Below are positions 41,793 through 51,970 of a stretch of 64,000 bases of DNA, piece by piece. Numbering within the stretch: the stretch's first letter is position 1; each line of letters begins with the position of its first letter. The translations under genes were made by a program, and so were the position numbers. The stretch comes from an uncultured Clostridium sp. (GTDB lineage Bacteria > Bacillota > Clostridia > TANB77 > CAG-508), in assembly GCA_946578345.1 (NCBI GenBank), contig CAMOBD010000001.1, forward strand, positions 477-64,476. Reading direction: 5' to 3'. The notes below the pieces were generated by a model, which was not told the origin of the DNA, did no database searches, and worked only from the letters and a program-made list of their open reading frames with translations.

Positions 41793-42146
41793 GACAACGA
41801 CTTCTGGAGAGTATTGCCCAAGAATTTTTGAACCGTTAGCATCCAGAATATAACAACGTACTTTGTACGAAGTAATATAATCCTTTTCGATGGTAACACT
41901 GTTGCTTTGAGCCTCAAAGATGGAGACACCTCCATTTGAGGTAGAACAAAGAACCTCATACCCATCAGAATAGGGAATTTCTTCCCAAGTGAGAATGACG
42001 GAATTCTCGTTCGTTTCCAGTTCTACATTTTGTACTTGCGCCAAAATAGGCACATCTGTACAACTAAAAACAGTGATAGCATATGTAGCAATTACAAGTG
42101 TGATTGTTACCAAAAGGAATATTACCCTCTGTAAGCGTTTGTCCAT
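41790..42146 (-). CDS. Small secreted or membrane-anchored protein with a fibronectin-III-like beta-sandwich segment
   Basis: Starts MDKRLQRVIFLLVTITLVIATYAITVFS, followed by 'NSVILTWEEIPYSDGYEVLCSTSNGG…'. Confidence 0.35.
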   Translation of the reverse strand: MDKRLQRVIFLLVTITLVIATYAITVFSCTDVPILAQVQNVELETNENSVILTWEEIPYSDGYEVLCSTSNGGVSIFEAQSNSVTIEKDYITSYKVRCYILDANGSKILGQYSPEVVV

Positions 42147-42315
42147 AATAATCAACCTTTCCGGGGAATTCCCCAATAAAATAATAAAATGTGTAGCATA
42201 AGCTAACACATTAATTATACCATAAATTTACATAAAGGGCAAATGATATAAAAATTGAAGATAAATTATTAAAAATAAGTTCAATTTTTATATGTTAGAA
42301 ACTAAATAAAAATGA

Positions 42316-42621
42316 TTATTTGCTTTCTAATTCCTCAAGAGGAACAACCCTAATAGTATAGCCCATAGGATATAGTAATTTTATGAGAGTACTGGTTTGA
42401 GGTGAATTTACATACCTTTCAATCCTAGCAATTACTGGTTGCCTTACACCGCTTTTTTTACTTAATTCTCTTTGAGTAAGATTGCTTTTTTTTCTTGCCT
42501 CTATAGTCGCTTCAATAATGTCTTTTTCAAGTTGTATTTCAGCCTCTTGTTCTTTGCTAATATTAAGTTTTTTTCTGACATCCTCCCAAGAATCGTAAGG
42601 TTTATTTTTCATTAATATCAC
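42316..42621 (-). CDS. HigA-like XRE-family antitoxin
   Basis: The C-terminal HTH reads 'SNLTQRELSKKSGVRQPVIARIE'. The start overlaps the upstream toxin gene. Confidence 0.5.
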   Translation of the reverse strand: MILMKNKPYDSWEDVRKKLNISKEQEAEIQLEKDIIEATIEARKKSNLTQRELSKKSGVRQPVIARIERYVNSPQTSTLIKLLYPMGYTIRVVPLEELESK

Positions 42622-42967
42622 TCCTCTTTAAAAAATCTTCTAAATATCTTTGAGCTTTTTCTATTTCTTTATTTGGTGTTTTTTGAGTTTGTTTTAAAAA
42701 TATATTTAGTAGCACAAAATTATTATTATTCCAATAAGCAAATAATATTCTATTTCTTAAAGGTCTTAGTTCCCAAATATCATTATTAATATGTTTAATA
42801 TATGGCTCGCCTAAGGTCAATCCATATTGTGATAGTAAATCAATATAAGCAGTAATTTTATTAAAATTTATTCTACTATTTTTGTCATTTTTCTTTTGTA
42901 GTTTTTGTAAGTAATCTTCAACTTCGCTATAATTATTTTTGTCTTTATAAAAAACTACGTTGTACAT
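42602..42967 (-). CDS. RelE/ParE-superfamily (HigB-like) type II toxin
   Basis: A 121-aa protein with 'IWELRPLRNRILFAYWNNNNFVLLNIFLKQTQKTPNKEIEKAQRYLEDF', typical of RelE and Gp49-like toxins. Having the toxin upstream of the antitoxin is the HigBA order. Confidence 0.5.
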   Translation of the reverse strand: MYNVVFYKDKNNYSEVEDYLQKLQKKNDKNSRINFNKITAYIDLLSQYGLTLGEPYIKHINNDIWELRPLRNRILFAYWNNNNFVLLNIFLKQTQKTPNKEIEKAQRYLEDFLKRSDINEK

Positions 42968-43033
42968 TAATCGCTCCTTTTATATTATATTCATATGATA
43001 ACACAAATGTTATCATATGTCAAGAAAATAATA

Positions 43034-44230
43034 CTAGTACCCAATTATCTCATTATACGTATCTATAGCAAATTTGTCAGTCATACCTGAAATATATAAT
43101 ACAATAGATAAGTAGTAATCTTTAGAATTTTGTATGTCAAATAAAACTGTATTTTTCAATTTTGTTCTATCACCTGTTACAGAATAACTATTAAAAAACT
43201 CTACAAATCCATGAACTAAATTTGGATAAAACTTTGACAGTCTAGACAAATTCTCAAAAGTATTTTTATCGTCATAACAATTTTTTAAAGTATTATAAAT
43301 CCTATTTATAACAACTGAAAAGTACTCATCTGAAGGTTTCAATATATCTGAAAGATAAATATATTCATAATTAAACTTTTTAATCTTATTCATAAGTTCC
43401 AAGGCTTCATTTGAGAAGCATAAACCCTTTTCAGGAGAAGAGTTATTACACAAATCATAAATTAAGTTATTTATAATTACAGTATTATTAATAGTACCAC
43501 TAGTATGACCTAATAATTCATACAACTTATCTAAGTGCTCATCCAATATTCCAAGAGTAACAGCATCTTCAATATCTCTACCTATATATGAAATTTTATC
43601 AGCAATTTTAACAACGCAAGCCTCCCATGTATATGGAGCGTATTCATTTGGATAATTGTATTCTCCCAAATCTATAAATTCATCTCTAGGCCTGATAGAA
43701 TTTTCATCTATTTCACCACAGTGAGAAACTATGCCATCCCTTACTCCATATGTTAAATCTAAGTTCCTTTTAAATCCTTCGTTATCTTCTAAAAGTTCAA
43801 CCTTATCAACAAGATATAGGCCATTCTTTTCATGCCAAAAAGAACTATTTAAATCTCTCTTGCAAATATTATCTAAAATTTTCTCACCCTTGTGTCCAAA
43901 AGGACTATGGCCTAAATCATGAGACACTGCAATTGCTCTAGTAAGTTCATTATTTAACCCTAAATAATTAGCTATTGTATAACTAATTGACTCAACATGA
44001 TTAACATGCTCAATACGAGTACAAATATGGTCATTCTGAGGAGAATAGAAAACCTGAGTTTTGTGTTTTAATCTTCTATAAGCATTGCTATGTATTACTC
44101 TAGTGAAATCTCTTTCAAACTCAGAACGAATATCATTATTTCTTGAGTATAAAGGAACTTGTCTAGAAATAACATTATTCCATTTTTGATTATTTTCATT
44201 TGTACAAACATCTATAAAAGAATTTTTCAT
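43034..44230 (-). CDS. dGTP triphosphohydrolase-like HD-domain phosphohydrolase
   Basis: An AGGAAG RBS precedes the MKNSF start. The HD motif reads '…RIEHVNHVESISYTIANYLGL…AVSHDLGHSPFGH'. Confidence 0.6.
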   Translation of the reverse strand: MKNSFIDVCTNENNQKWNNVISRQVPLYSRNNDIRSEFERDFTRVIHSNAYRRLKHKTQVFYSPQNDHICTRIEHVNHVESISYTIANYLGLNNELTRAIAVSHDLGHSPFGHKGEKILDNICKRDLNSSFWHEKNGLYLVDKVELLEDNEGFKRNLDLTYGVRDGIVSHCGEIDENSIRPRDEFIDLGEYNYPNEYAPYTWEACVVKIADKISYIGRDIEDAVTLGILDEHLDKLYELLGHTSGTINNTVIINNLIYDLCNNSSPEKGLCFSNEALELMNKIKKFNYEYIYLSDILKPSDEYFSVVINRIYNTLKNCYDDKNTFENLSRLSKFYPNLVHGFVEFFNSYSVTGDRTKLKNTVLFDIQNSKDYYLSIVLYISGMTDKFAIDTYNEIIGY

Positions 44231-44404
44231 AAATTCACTTCCTATCATAAATTTATTTTTGTTTAAATTATATATATTAAAGAGAAATATGTCAAACCTC
44301 AAAAAAAGCGAACAAATTTTTGAAAAAAGTATTGACAAAACAAAAATTTGGTTGTAAAATAATACAAACAAAAGTTCAAGAGAGAAAAGTAGGAGGTAAT
44401 CATT

Positions 44405-44896
44405 ATGAAAAAAGTAGATATGTTTAAATCAGTTAAAATTTTTGGAGTTAGTTATGAGTTAAAGGTAATGTATAAACGCATAAAAAGTCCAAAATTAGAT
44501 TTAAAAGAAAGACAAATTGAAATAAGCCTTCCAACTAAATACAAAAAAATAGAAAATGATATAATCATAGAAATGTTACTTCAAAAAATGTATGATGCAA
44601 TAGCAAAGAAAGAATTGGAAGTAATAATGGAAAAAGTAAGAACTACTCTTAAATTTGCTCCAGATGATTATAAAATAATGAGACTTGATAAAAGATTAGG
44701 AAAATGTTTAGCAAATAAACTTATAATCAATCCTGATATAGTTAAATATAGAAAAGACATTATAGAATATGTTGTGTTTTATGAATTTTGTAAATTAAAA
44801 ATTAATAAAACAAGTAAAAAATTTTATGATATGCTAAAACAATATATGCCTAATTATGAAAACTATGCTTATGAATTAGTAGGAGTTCAATATTAA
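44405..44896 (+). CDS. DUF45/YgjP-like protein with degenerate metal-binding positions
   Basis: 'IEYVVFYEFCKLKINKTSKKFYDMLKQYMP' parallels the YgjP 'vvHElcHl.e.nHs..Fw.lv...mP' pattern, but the histidines are replaced. Confidence 0.3.
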   Translation: MKKVDMFKSVKIFGVSYELKVMYKRIKSPKLDLKERQIEISLPTKYKKIENDIIIEMLLQKMYDAIAKKELEVIMEKVRTTLKFAPDDYKIMRLDKRLGKCLANKLIINPDIVKYRKDIIEYVVFYEFCKLKINKTSKKFYDMLKQYMPNYENYAYELVGVQY

Positions 44897-45396
44897 TTAT
44901 TAGAGGATGTAGAATATGCATCTTCTACATCACAAATAAATAGTGTACACTATTTTGATATTACTATTATAAATTATATTAAACAAAAGAATATAAGGAA
45001 TATAAAATAAATAGTAATATCAGGGGGTAATAATAATTAATTCTGAACATGATAATGAATTCATGAGAAATACGCCTTAAATCTAAAAGAATTTTAAATC
45101 TTTACAGATAAAATAAATTTATGAATAAAATGGTGTGGCCACGCCAAGATTAAAATCAATAATATCTATAAGAATGAATTAAATATACGCTCATTGTATG
45201 CAAAAGTCAACACTTTTAGCACAAAAAAATAAAGTTGTTAAAAAACTTGTCAAAAAATGTCGAAAAACTTTATTTTTTTAATGAATTATTAATCCAATAT
45301 ATATGATTATGTTGCATTTTGTAGGAGGGTTACTGTTTAATTAGAAGTAACGTTGCAGGACATGATTAGTTCGAAATCCATTAAACAGTAACGCTC

Positions 45397-46635
45397 TCAC
45401 AAAACATATTTCTCATATTTTTCTAGTGCTATTTCAGGGTTATGTGGACCATTGAAACTCTTTATTGGAGCAAACTCCTTATCTTCATCTACCCTTAGAA
45501 GAGCTATGTCATTAAAATAAGGAAATGCATCAAATACAAATTGCTCAAATTTATATATATTTGGCTTTTCTGGAACTTCTTTCATACCTTCTTCATTTAC
45601 AAAAGCATTTTTTCTAAAGGCTCTGTGATATGGTAATTTTACAGTTGACATTTTCTTAATAGCATCAATATGGAATAAATGTGCTAGCATATTAGTCTCT
45701 CTGTATAAGTAGTTACCTTTTTTATCTTTTAGCTCTGAAATCTCTTCTGTAAACATCTCGCAATCTATAATAGTTGGTTTTCCATTTTTTAAAGCAAATA
45801 CCCAAGAAGTATCAGATGGAGACTTTTTGAATAATGTTTTAGAGCCTATTTTACATTTTGAAGAAATAGTATACCCAATAAATACAGGGTCAAGTGGATT
45901 TAGTAAAACATTATCAACACCACCAAGAAATAACCATTCTATCTTTTTTTGCTCCATAGATTTAATAAGATTTGCTTTTTTTAATGAGCTAAATAAATTC
46001 CCATTCCCATTAGAAGCAAAATTTATTTTATAAATCTCTGAAAGAACTAATTTCTTATCAACATTAATAACAGGTAAATTATCTTGATTGAAAAAGAATA
46101 TACTATTTCTATCATAACCAAAGAAATCATTTTGCTCAAAAAAACTAATAGTATCAAAATAATTATTCGTACTAGTCATAATAAACCAAGGTATAGATAC
46201 ATTATATTTTATAGATGACTCTTTTATATAATTGCATAATACTTCAAATAAAGAAATAGGAGGAGTAGTTTCTAGGCAAAAAGAACCCTTTGGACCGTTA
46301 AAACCAAGTCTTGTACCCTGACCACCAGCTAATGTGATTACACCTAATTTTCCAGTTTTTATAGCCTTAATACCAGTATTGGTAAATTGTTTTAATTTGC
46401 CATCTGATAAATCTTCTTTTACCATGTATTTTATTGGCTCAGCTTCTTCAGTAGTATCAAGGACATCTTTTTTAGACTTTTCATATAAATATAGAATTTC
46501 TTCAAAATCTATACTTAATATTTGCTTTACCAAATTAGCCCTTTGAGCGTCAGTTAGCTCATTATAGAATTGTAATAAATGCTCTTGATTATATTTCTTT
46601 AAAATTTCTTTTGCTTTTTTTAATTTATCATCCAT
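45397..46635 (-). CDS. UDPGP-family sugar-1-phosphate nucleotidyltransferase (UAP/UDP-sugar pyrophosphorylase-like)
   Basis: A 'LAGGQGTRLGFNGPKGSF' nucleotide-binding loop, as in the UDP-GlcNAc/UDP-sugar pyrophosphorylase family. Confidence 0.5.
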   Translation of the reverse strand: MDDKLKKAKEILKKYNQEHLLQFYNELTDAQRANLVKQILSIDFEEILYLYEKSKKDVLDTTEEAEPIKYMVKEDLSDGKLKQFTNTGIKAIKTGKLGVITLAGGQGTRLGFNGPKGSFCLETTPPISLFEVLCNYIKESSIKYNVSIPWFIMTSTNNYFDTISFFEQNDFFGYDRNSIFFFNQDNLPVINVDKKLVLSEIYKINFASNGNGNLFSSLKKANLIKSMEQKKIEWLFLGGVDNVLLNPLDPVFIGYTISSKCKIGSKTLFKKSPSDTSWVFALKNGKPTIIDCEMFTEEISELKDKKGNYLYRETNMLAHLFHIDAIKKMSTVKLPYHRAFRKNAFVNEEGMKEVPEKPNIYKFEQFVFDAFPYFNDIALLRVDEDKEFAPIKSFNGPHNPEIALEKYEKYVL

Positions 46636-46662
46636 ATAAACCTCACTAAATATGTATATTTA

Positions 46663-46742
46663 AAATCCGTTCTATCTTGCTGTCACATATATTTTGTGTT
46701 CTCCATGTATTCAAACAAAAAATATATGTGACACGTGGAACT
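46663..46742. repeat. ~80-bp palindromic intergenic repeat, copy A
   Basis: See the finding on this repeat family. Compare 48716-48795 and 51971-52048. Confidence 0.55.
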
Positions 46743-46784
46743 ATAAAGCACATAAAAAATATTTAAAATCTACAATTGTAATTA

Positions 46785-47603
46785 TTATAACTGAGCTTTA
46801 AAAGCCGAATAATTAGTCGCACTTTTAAGCTCTAAAACTAATTTATCTTTGGCAGGTAAATCAGAGTTTTTCAAAAGTTCTACTTCTTTATCAACATCAT
46901 ATGGTAACCTAACTAAATTAAAATTAATAGGAGCAAGTTCTTTTGAATCTAACACACCCTCTAATATCATATATGAAGCAAGAGTAGAAAACTTGTTAGT
47001 TTCATCAAAAAAATCATCATTAAGCATCTCAATTGGAGCTCCGACGCTACCTGGATTAAATATGGTTTTATTTCTAGCTCTAACTATATTTGGTGTATGT
47101 ATATGTCCATATCCAACAATGTCAGGAATTGGATCTGACTTAGATTTACCAAGGAACTCAGTATTTTCAAACATATCCATAGGATTATGTATCTCTATAC
47201 TTTCATAACGACTATTTTCATTAGAAAACATTGGATTAAAAATATAATCTAATCCAAATGGAGATGAATGAAATAATCTAATTAAATAACCACTCATATA
47301 GAAATCATATGAAATAGGAAGATTATATAAAAAGGATGCACGTTCTTCACCAATTTGGTCTCTTGTCCAATATCTTCCTTTAGGAATGTCTGGTCTGGAC
47401 ACCGGTACATCACAATTACCTTTTAGAAGAACATCACATTTTTCTCTAACCAAATCAATTACTAAATCTGCATGACAACTTTTCATGACATAGTCACCTA
47501 AGCAATATATTTTATTTATTTTTCTCTCTTCAATATCTTTTAGAACAGCTTTTAAAGCAGTAATATTACCATGAATATCAGAAATAATTGCGATTTTATC
47601 CAT
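46785..47603 (-). CDS. Metallophosphoesterase (calcineurin-like phosphoesterase)
   Basis: A GGAGGTG RBS precedes the MDKIAIISDIHGN start. The motifs DIHGN, GDYV and GNCD are present, and there is a His-rich C-terminal half. Confidence 0.6.
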   Translation of the reverse strand: MDKIAIISDIHGNITALKAVLKDIEERKINKIYCLGDYVMKSCHADLVIDLVREKCDVLLKGNCDVPVSRPDIPKGRYWTRDQIGEERASFLYNLPISYDFYMSGYLIRLFHSSPFGLDYIFNPMFSNENSRYESIEIHNPMDMFENTEFLGKSKSDPIPDIVGYGHIHTPNIVRARNKTIFNPGSVGAPIEMLNDDFFDETNKFSTLASYMILEGVLDSKELAPINFNLVRLPYDVDKEVELLKNSDLPAKDKLVLELKSATNYSAFKAQL

Positions 47604-47729
47604 AACCACACCTCCACAAAATAATTTTTGTATATTATAATATAAATTGTAGATTAATGCAATTGTTAAATAGTAACATTGTATAAAATTCATAATAAGA
47701 TTATAATAAATATGAAGGAGGAATGAGAG

Positions 47730-48689
47730 ATGATAAATCATATAGGGAATACTCCAATGATAAAGATTTTATATAAAAATGGAGGACAAATAAATTATAT
47801 ATATACAAAACTAGAATCATATAATCTTACCGGAAGTATAAAAGATAGAGTTGCATATTATATAATTACAAAAGCAAAAGAAAGAGGCACGCTAAAAGAT
47901 AACATGCCTATAATTGAAGCGACCAGTGGAAATACTGGTATAGCTCTTGCTGCATTAGGTGCATACTATAATCACCCAACATATATTTTTATGCCTGATT
48001 GGGCAAGTGAAGAAAGAGTAAAACTAATGAAAAGTTATGGAGCAGAAGTAATACTTGTATCAAGAGAAGAGGGTGGATTTAAAGCTTGTCTTGAAAGAGC
48101 AGAAAAATTAGCAAAAGAAAGAAATGGATTTTTAGCAAATCAGTTTGCAAATACAGACAATTTATTAGCACATTATGAAACAACAGGAGAAGAAATTGTA
48201 AAATCGCTTCCAGAAAAAGTATCTGCATTCATATCTGGAGTTGGTACTGGAGGAACTCTAATGGGAGTAGGAAGAAAACTAAAAAAACATGATGAAGATA
48301 TAAAGATTGTGGCATTAGAGCCAGATAAAATGCCTATAATTTCTCAAAACAAAATGATTGAAAATCATAAAATAGAAGGCATAGGGGATGATTTTGTACC
48401 AGATTTACTAGATAAAAGTATGTTGGATGAGATAATTCTTGTAAATGATGATGACGCTGTGAATATGTCAAGGAGATTAGCTAAAGAATTAGGTCTAGGA
48501 GTAGGAATATCATCAGGAGCAAACTTTATTGCGGGAGTGCTATATCAAGAAAAAGTAAGTAAGCCAGTTGTTACTGTATTTCCAGACGATAACAAAAAAT
48601 ATTTAAGTACGGACTTATCAAAAGAGATAGATAACAATGAAAATTTTGTATCAAATAAGATTGAGTTACTAGATTATGAAGTAGTATAA
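47730..48689 (+). CDS. cysK: Cysteine synthase A (O-acetylserine sulfhydrylase)
   Basis: An AAGGAGG RBS, the PLP-lysine motif 'TGSIKDR', 'TSGNTGIALA' and a Gly-rich 'GVGTGGT' loop. Confidence 0.75.
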   Translation: MINHIGNTPMIKILYKNGGQINYIYTKLESYNLTGSIKDRVAYYIITKAKERGTLKDNMPIIEATSGNTGIALAALGAYYNHPTYIFMPDWASEERVKLMKSYGAEVILVSREEGGFKACLERAEKLAKERNGFLANQFANTDNLLAHYETTGEEIVKSLPEKVSAFISGVGTGGTLMGVGRKLKKHDEDIKIVALEPDKMPIISQNKMIENHKIEGIGDDFVPDLLDKSMLDEIILVNDDDAVNMSRRLAKELGLGVGISSGANFIAGVLYQEKVSKPVVTVFPDDNKKYLSTDLSKEIDNNENFVSNKIELLDYEVV

Positions 48690-48715
48690 TCAATATTTAT
48701 TTAAAGCAGCATATA

Positions 48716-48795
48716 AAGTCCGTCCCATCTTGCTGGCACACATATTTTGTATTCTCCAAGTATTCAAATAAAAAATGTGTGTGCCACGTGGGACT
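48716..48795. repeat. ~80-bp palindromic intergenic repeat, copy B (between cysK and the lysozyme gene)
   Basis: A GTCCC…TGGCACACATATT / AATGTGTGTGCCA…GGGAC hairpin. Confidence 0.55.
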
Positions 48796-48847
48796 AAGTA
48801 TGTAAAAAAAATAAACCAAAACGTAATTCCTTTCATAATATATAAAA

Positions 48848-50104
48848 ATGATGAAAGGAGTTTTTGTATTGAAAAAAGTATATGTATTTATATTTTTAAT
48901 TGTAGTATTACTTGCAATTACAGTACCTGTCTATGCACTTTCTCCATCTAGTAATGAAATTTATAGAGGAATAGATGTTAGTGAGTGGCAGGGAGATATT
49001 GACTTTGGAGAAGTAAAAGAAACGGGAATAGAAGTTGTATATATAAGAGCTGGTCAGGGCTTTAGCTATGAAGATGCTAGATTTGAAGAAAATTATGAAA
49101 AAGCTAAAAGAAATGGACTTAAAGTAGGAGTATACCACTATATGACAGCAAGAAGTGTAGAGGACGCAAGGACACAAGCTAAGTTTTTCGCTTCTTTAAT
49201 ATCAAATAAACAAATAGATTGTAAATTAGCTATGGACTTTGAATCATTTGGGAATTTAAGCAATTCACAAATTAATGAAATAGCACTTGCATATTTAAGA
49301 GAATTACAAAGCTTAACAGGAAAAGAAGTAATTGTATATAGTAATACATATGATGCGACATATGTGTTTAATTCAGAGGTTGCACAGTACCCTTTATGGG
49401 TAGCACAATATGGAGTAAGTGAGCCACAAAATAATGGTAATTGGAGCAGTTGGGAAGGATACCAATATAGCTCTACAGGAAGGGTAAATGGGATAAGTGG
49501 AAATGTAGACTTAGACAGATACACAATTGATATACTTCTAAACAACACAGAAGAAGTGCCAGAGGTAGAAGATCCAAAATGTAATAAAGAAGATAGAATA
49601 TTATATAAAGTACAAAGTGGAGATACATTATCTGAAATAGCAGAGAAGTTTAATACAACCGTAAGCCATTTGGCACAAATTAATAATATATCAAATCCAA
49701 ATTTGATTTACACAGGAGAAATAATTACAGTTTCTTGCAATCGAAACAATAATTCAAATGGAAATAATGAAGAAGATAGTGAAAATAATAATCAAACAAC
49801 AATAACATACACAGTACAAAGGGGAGATACCTTGTGGGGAATAGCACAAAGGTACAACACAACTGTTGCAAGTATAGCTAGCTTAAATAATATATCAAAT
49901 CCAAGATTAATATATGCAGGAACAACCTTAAGAATTATACAAAACAATAATAACTCACAAAATACTTATTACACAGTACAAAGAGGAAATACATTATGGG
50001 GATTAGCACAAAGATATAACACAAGTGTTGCAAATTTAGTGAGAATGAATGGAATTAGAAATCCAAATTTAATTTATCCAGGGCAAGTAATAAGAATTAA
50101 ATAA
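48848..50104 (+). CDS. Secreted GH25 muramidase with three C-terminal LysM repeats
   Basis: Signal peptide, the GH25 N-terminus '[13 protein letters not shown]…VYIRAGQG', and three LysM units ([20 protein letters not shown]…, [20 protein letters not shown]…, [20 protein letters not shown]…). The start may be the TTG at 48869. Confidence 0.7.
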   Translation: MMKGVFVLKKVYVFIFLIVVLLAITVPVYALSPSSNEIYRGIDVSEWQGDIDFGEVKETGIEVVYIRAGQGFSYEDARFEENYEKAKRNGLKVGVYHYMTARSVEDARTQAKFFASLISNKQIDCKLAMDFESFGNLSNSQINEIALAYLRELQSLTGKEVIVYSNTYDATYVFNSEVAQYPLWVAQYGVSEPQNNGNWSSWEGYQYSSTGRVNGISGNVDLDRYTIDILLNNTEEVPEVEDPKCNKEDRILYKVQSGDTLSEIAEKFNTTVSHLAQINNISNPNLIYTGEIITVSCNRNNNSNGNNEEDSENNNQTTITYTVQRGDTLWGIAQRYNTTVASIASLNNISNPRLIYAGTTLRIIQNNNNSQNTYYTVQRGNTLWGLAQRYNTSVANLVRMNGIRNPNLIYPGQVIRIK

Positions 50105-50255
50105 AAAAACAGTATTTTACTGCAAAACCTCTCTTCCAAGTATTGACAAACTTTAATGGTTTAATGTATAATATTATTTGTTCGTAAATAAAGGAACAAA
50201 GTAAAATCCCGCACCAAGCACTTAAAGGTGTAATACTGGAAGGAGGGGAATAAAA

Positions 50256-50426
50256 ATGTCAGAGGTTAAAGTTAATAATGGAAATATAGAAGATGCCTTA
50301 AAAAGGTTTAAAAGACAATGTGCAAGAAATGGAGTATTGCAAGAAGTTAGAAAAAGAGAGCACTATGAAAAACCAAGCGTAAAGAGAAAGAAAAAATCAG
50401 AGGCAGCTAGAAAAAGAAAATTCTAA
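50256..50426 (+). CDS. rpsU: 30S ribosomal protein S21
   Basis: A GGAGGGG RBS precedes a 56-aa product, [56 protein letters not shown]. It falls below the ORF-track size cutoff. Confidence 0.8.
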   Translation: MSEVKVNNGNIEDALKRFKRQCARNGVLQEVRKREHYEKPSVKRKKKSEAARKRKF

Positions 50427-50437
50427 TATACATATTA

Positions 50438-50472
50438 AAGAACTACTCATTTTAAATTGAGCAGTTCTTTTT
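50438..50472 (+). terminator. Rho-independent terminator of rpsU
   Basis: aagaactactca-ttttaaat-tgagcagttctt followed by ttt. Confidence 0.55.
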
Positions 50473-50523
50473 ATAATATATAACAAAATTAATACTACGG
50501 CTTAGCAAGAGGTGTGTCCCTCT

Positions 50524-50541
50524 TGTTTCAAATTTGAAACA
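50524..50541. promoter_or_regulatory. Perfect 18-bp palindrome TGTTTCAAATTTGAAACA, flanked by direct TCCC(T)CTTTGTTTCAAA repeats and an extended -10 (TGTATAAT), upstream of the M16 peptidase operon
   Basis: Read directly from the sequence, with TGTATAAT at 50573-50580. This is a candidate operator. Confidence 0.35.
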
Positions 50542-50636
50542 AATGCTCCGTCCCCTTTGTTTCAAAAAAACTTGTATAATTTGGCAAAAATAATATATAA
50601 TAATGAAGAACAATAAAAAGGAAAGGAAGAAGTTTT

Positions 50637-51911
50637 ATGAATTATGAGAAAAAAGAAATAAAAAAGGGAATAAATATTCACAATATTTCTACGAATAAGT
50701 TTAAAACAAATTTGTATGCAGTTTTTTTAGCAACTCCAATGGATAGGGAAAATGTAACAAAAAATGCATTGATAACAGCGATTTTAAGAAGAGGGTCACA
50801 AAATCTACAATCTCAAGATATAATAAGTAAAAAACTAGAAGAAATGTATGGTGCATCATTTGATTGTGGTATAGAAAAAACAGGAGATAATCACATAATG
50901 AAGTTTTATCTTGAAGCAATAAGTGAAGAATTCTTACCAGAAAAAGAAGAACTTGCTAAAAAATGCATAGAAATATTACTAGATATAATATTTAATCCTT
51001 TAATAGAAGATAACGGATTTAAAGACGAATATGTAGAAAGTGAAAAGAACAATTTGAAACAAATAATAGAGTCAAAAATAGATAATAAAAGAACATATTC
51101 TTTAGAAAGATGTGTAGAGGAAATGTTCAAAGATGAGCCATATGGCTTATATAAATATGGTTATGTAGAAGATTTGGATAAACTAACTCCGCAAAACTTA
51201 TATGAATACTATAAAGAGTTAATTAAACAATGTAAAATAGACATTTTTGTATCAGGTACAATGGATAATGAAAAAATAAATAGCATAATTGAGCAAAATG
51301 ACATAATAAAAAATCTAAAAGAAAGAGAGCCTGTATATGTAAAAAGTGATGAAAATAATAATCACAAAGAAGTAGAACAAGAAAAAGTAGTAGAAGAACA
51401 TATGCAAGTAGGACAAGGAAATCTTGTAATAGGACTTAAAGTAAATAGCAATCAAGATAATGCAAAATATATAACTTCTGTATATAATGCAATACTAGGT
51501 GGAGGAGCTAATTCAAAATTGTTCCAAAATGTTAGAGAAAAAGAAAGCTTAGCATATACAGCAGCATCAAATTATAGAAGACAAAAAAATGTAATCTTTA
51601 TTAGATGTGGTATAGAAATAGAAAATTATAAAAAAGCGATAGACACAATAAAAGTGCAATTAGAAGATATAAAAAGAGGCAACTTTACAGAAGAAGATTT
51701 GAATAATTCAAAGAAATTGATTACAGAATCAATAAGAGGTATAAGCTCTGAGCAAGATACAGAAATAACTTACTATTATGGACAAGAATTGTCAGATAGG
51801 CTTGTATCATTAGAAGAGTATGTTAAAAAAATAGAGGAAGTAACAAAAAAAGATGTAGAAGAAATTGCAAATGAGATTAGGATAGATACAATCTATTTCT
51901 TGAGAGATTAG
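50637..51911 (+). CDS. M16-family peptidase homologue lacking the HxxEH zinc motif (likely the non-catalytic partner)
   Basis: Pitrilysin-like two-domain architecture. There is no HxxEH and it is paired with the downstream M16 gene. Confidence 0.55.
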   Translation: MNYEKKEIKKGINIHNISTNKFKTNLYAVFLATPMDRENVTKNALITAILRRGSQNLQSQDIISKKLEEMYGASFDCGIEKTGDNHIMKFYLEAISEEFLPEKEELAKKCIEILLDIIFNPLIEDNGFKDEYVESEKNNLKQIIESKIDNKRTYSLERCVEEMFKDEPYGLYKYGYVEDLDKLTPQNLYEYYKELIKQCKIDIFVSGTMDNEKINSIIEQNDIIKNLKEREPVYVKSDENNNHKEVEQEKVVEEHMQVGQGNLVIGLKVNSNQDNAKYITSVYNAILGGGANSKLFQNVREKESLAYTAASNYRRQKNVIFIRCGIEIENYKKAIDTIKVQLEDIKRGNFTEEDLNNSKKLITESIRGISSEQDTEITYYYGQELSDRLVSLEEYVKKIEEVTKKDVEEIANEIRIDTIYFLRD

Positions 51912-51915
51912 TTTG

Positions 51916-51943
51916 AAAAATAATTGTGTTTTGGCGTTGTTAA
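51916..51943. repeat. 28-bp direct repeat, copy 2 (just after the M16 gene stop)
   Basis: A 27/28 match to 41055-41082. Confidence 0.45.
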
Positions 51944-51970
51944 AATTTACAATTTATATGACAAAGTTTA

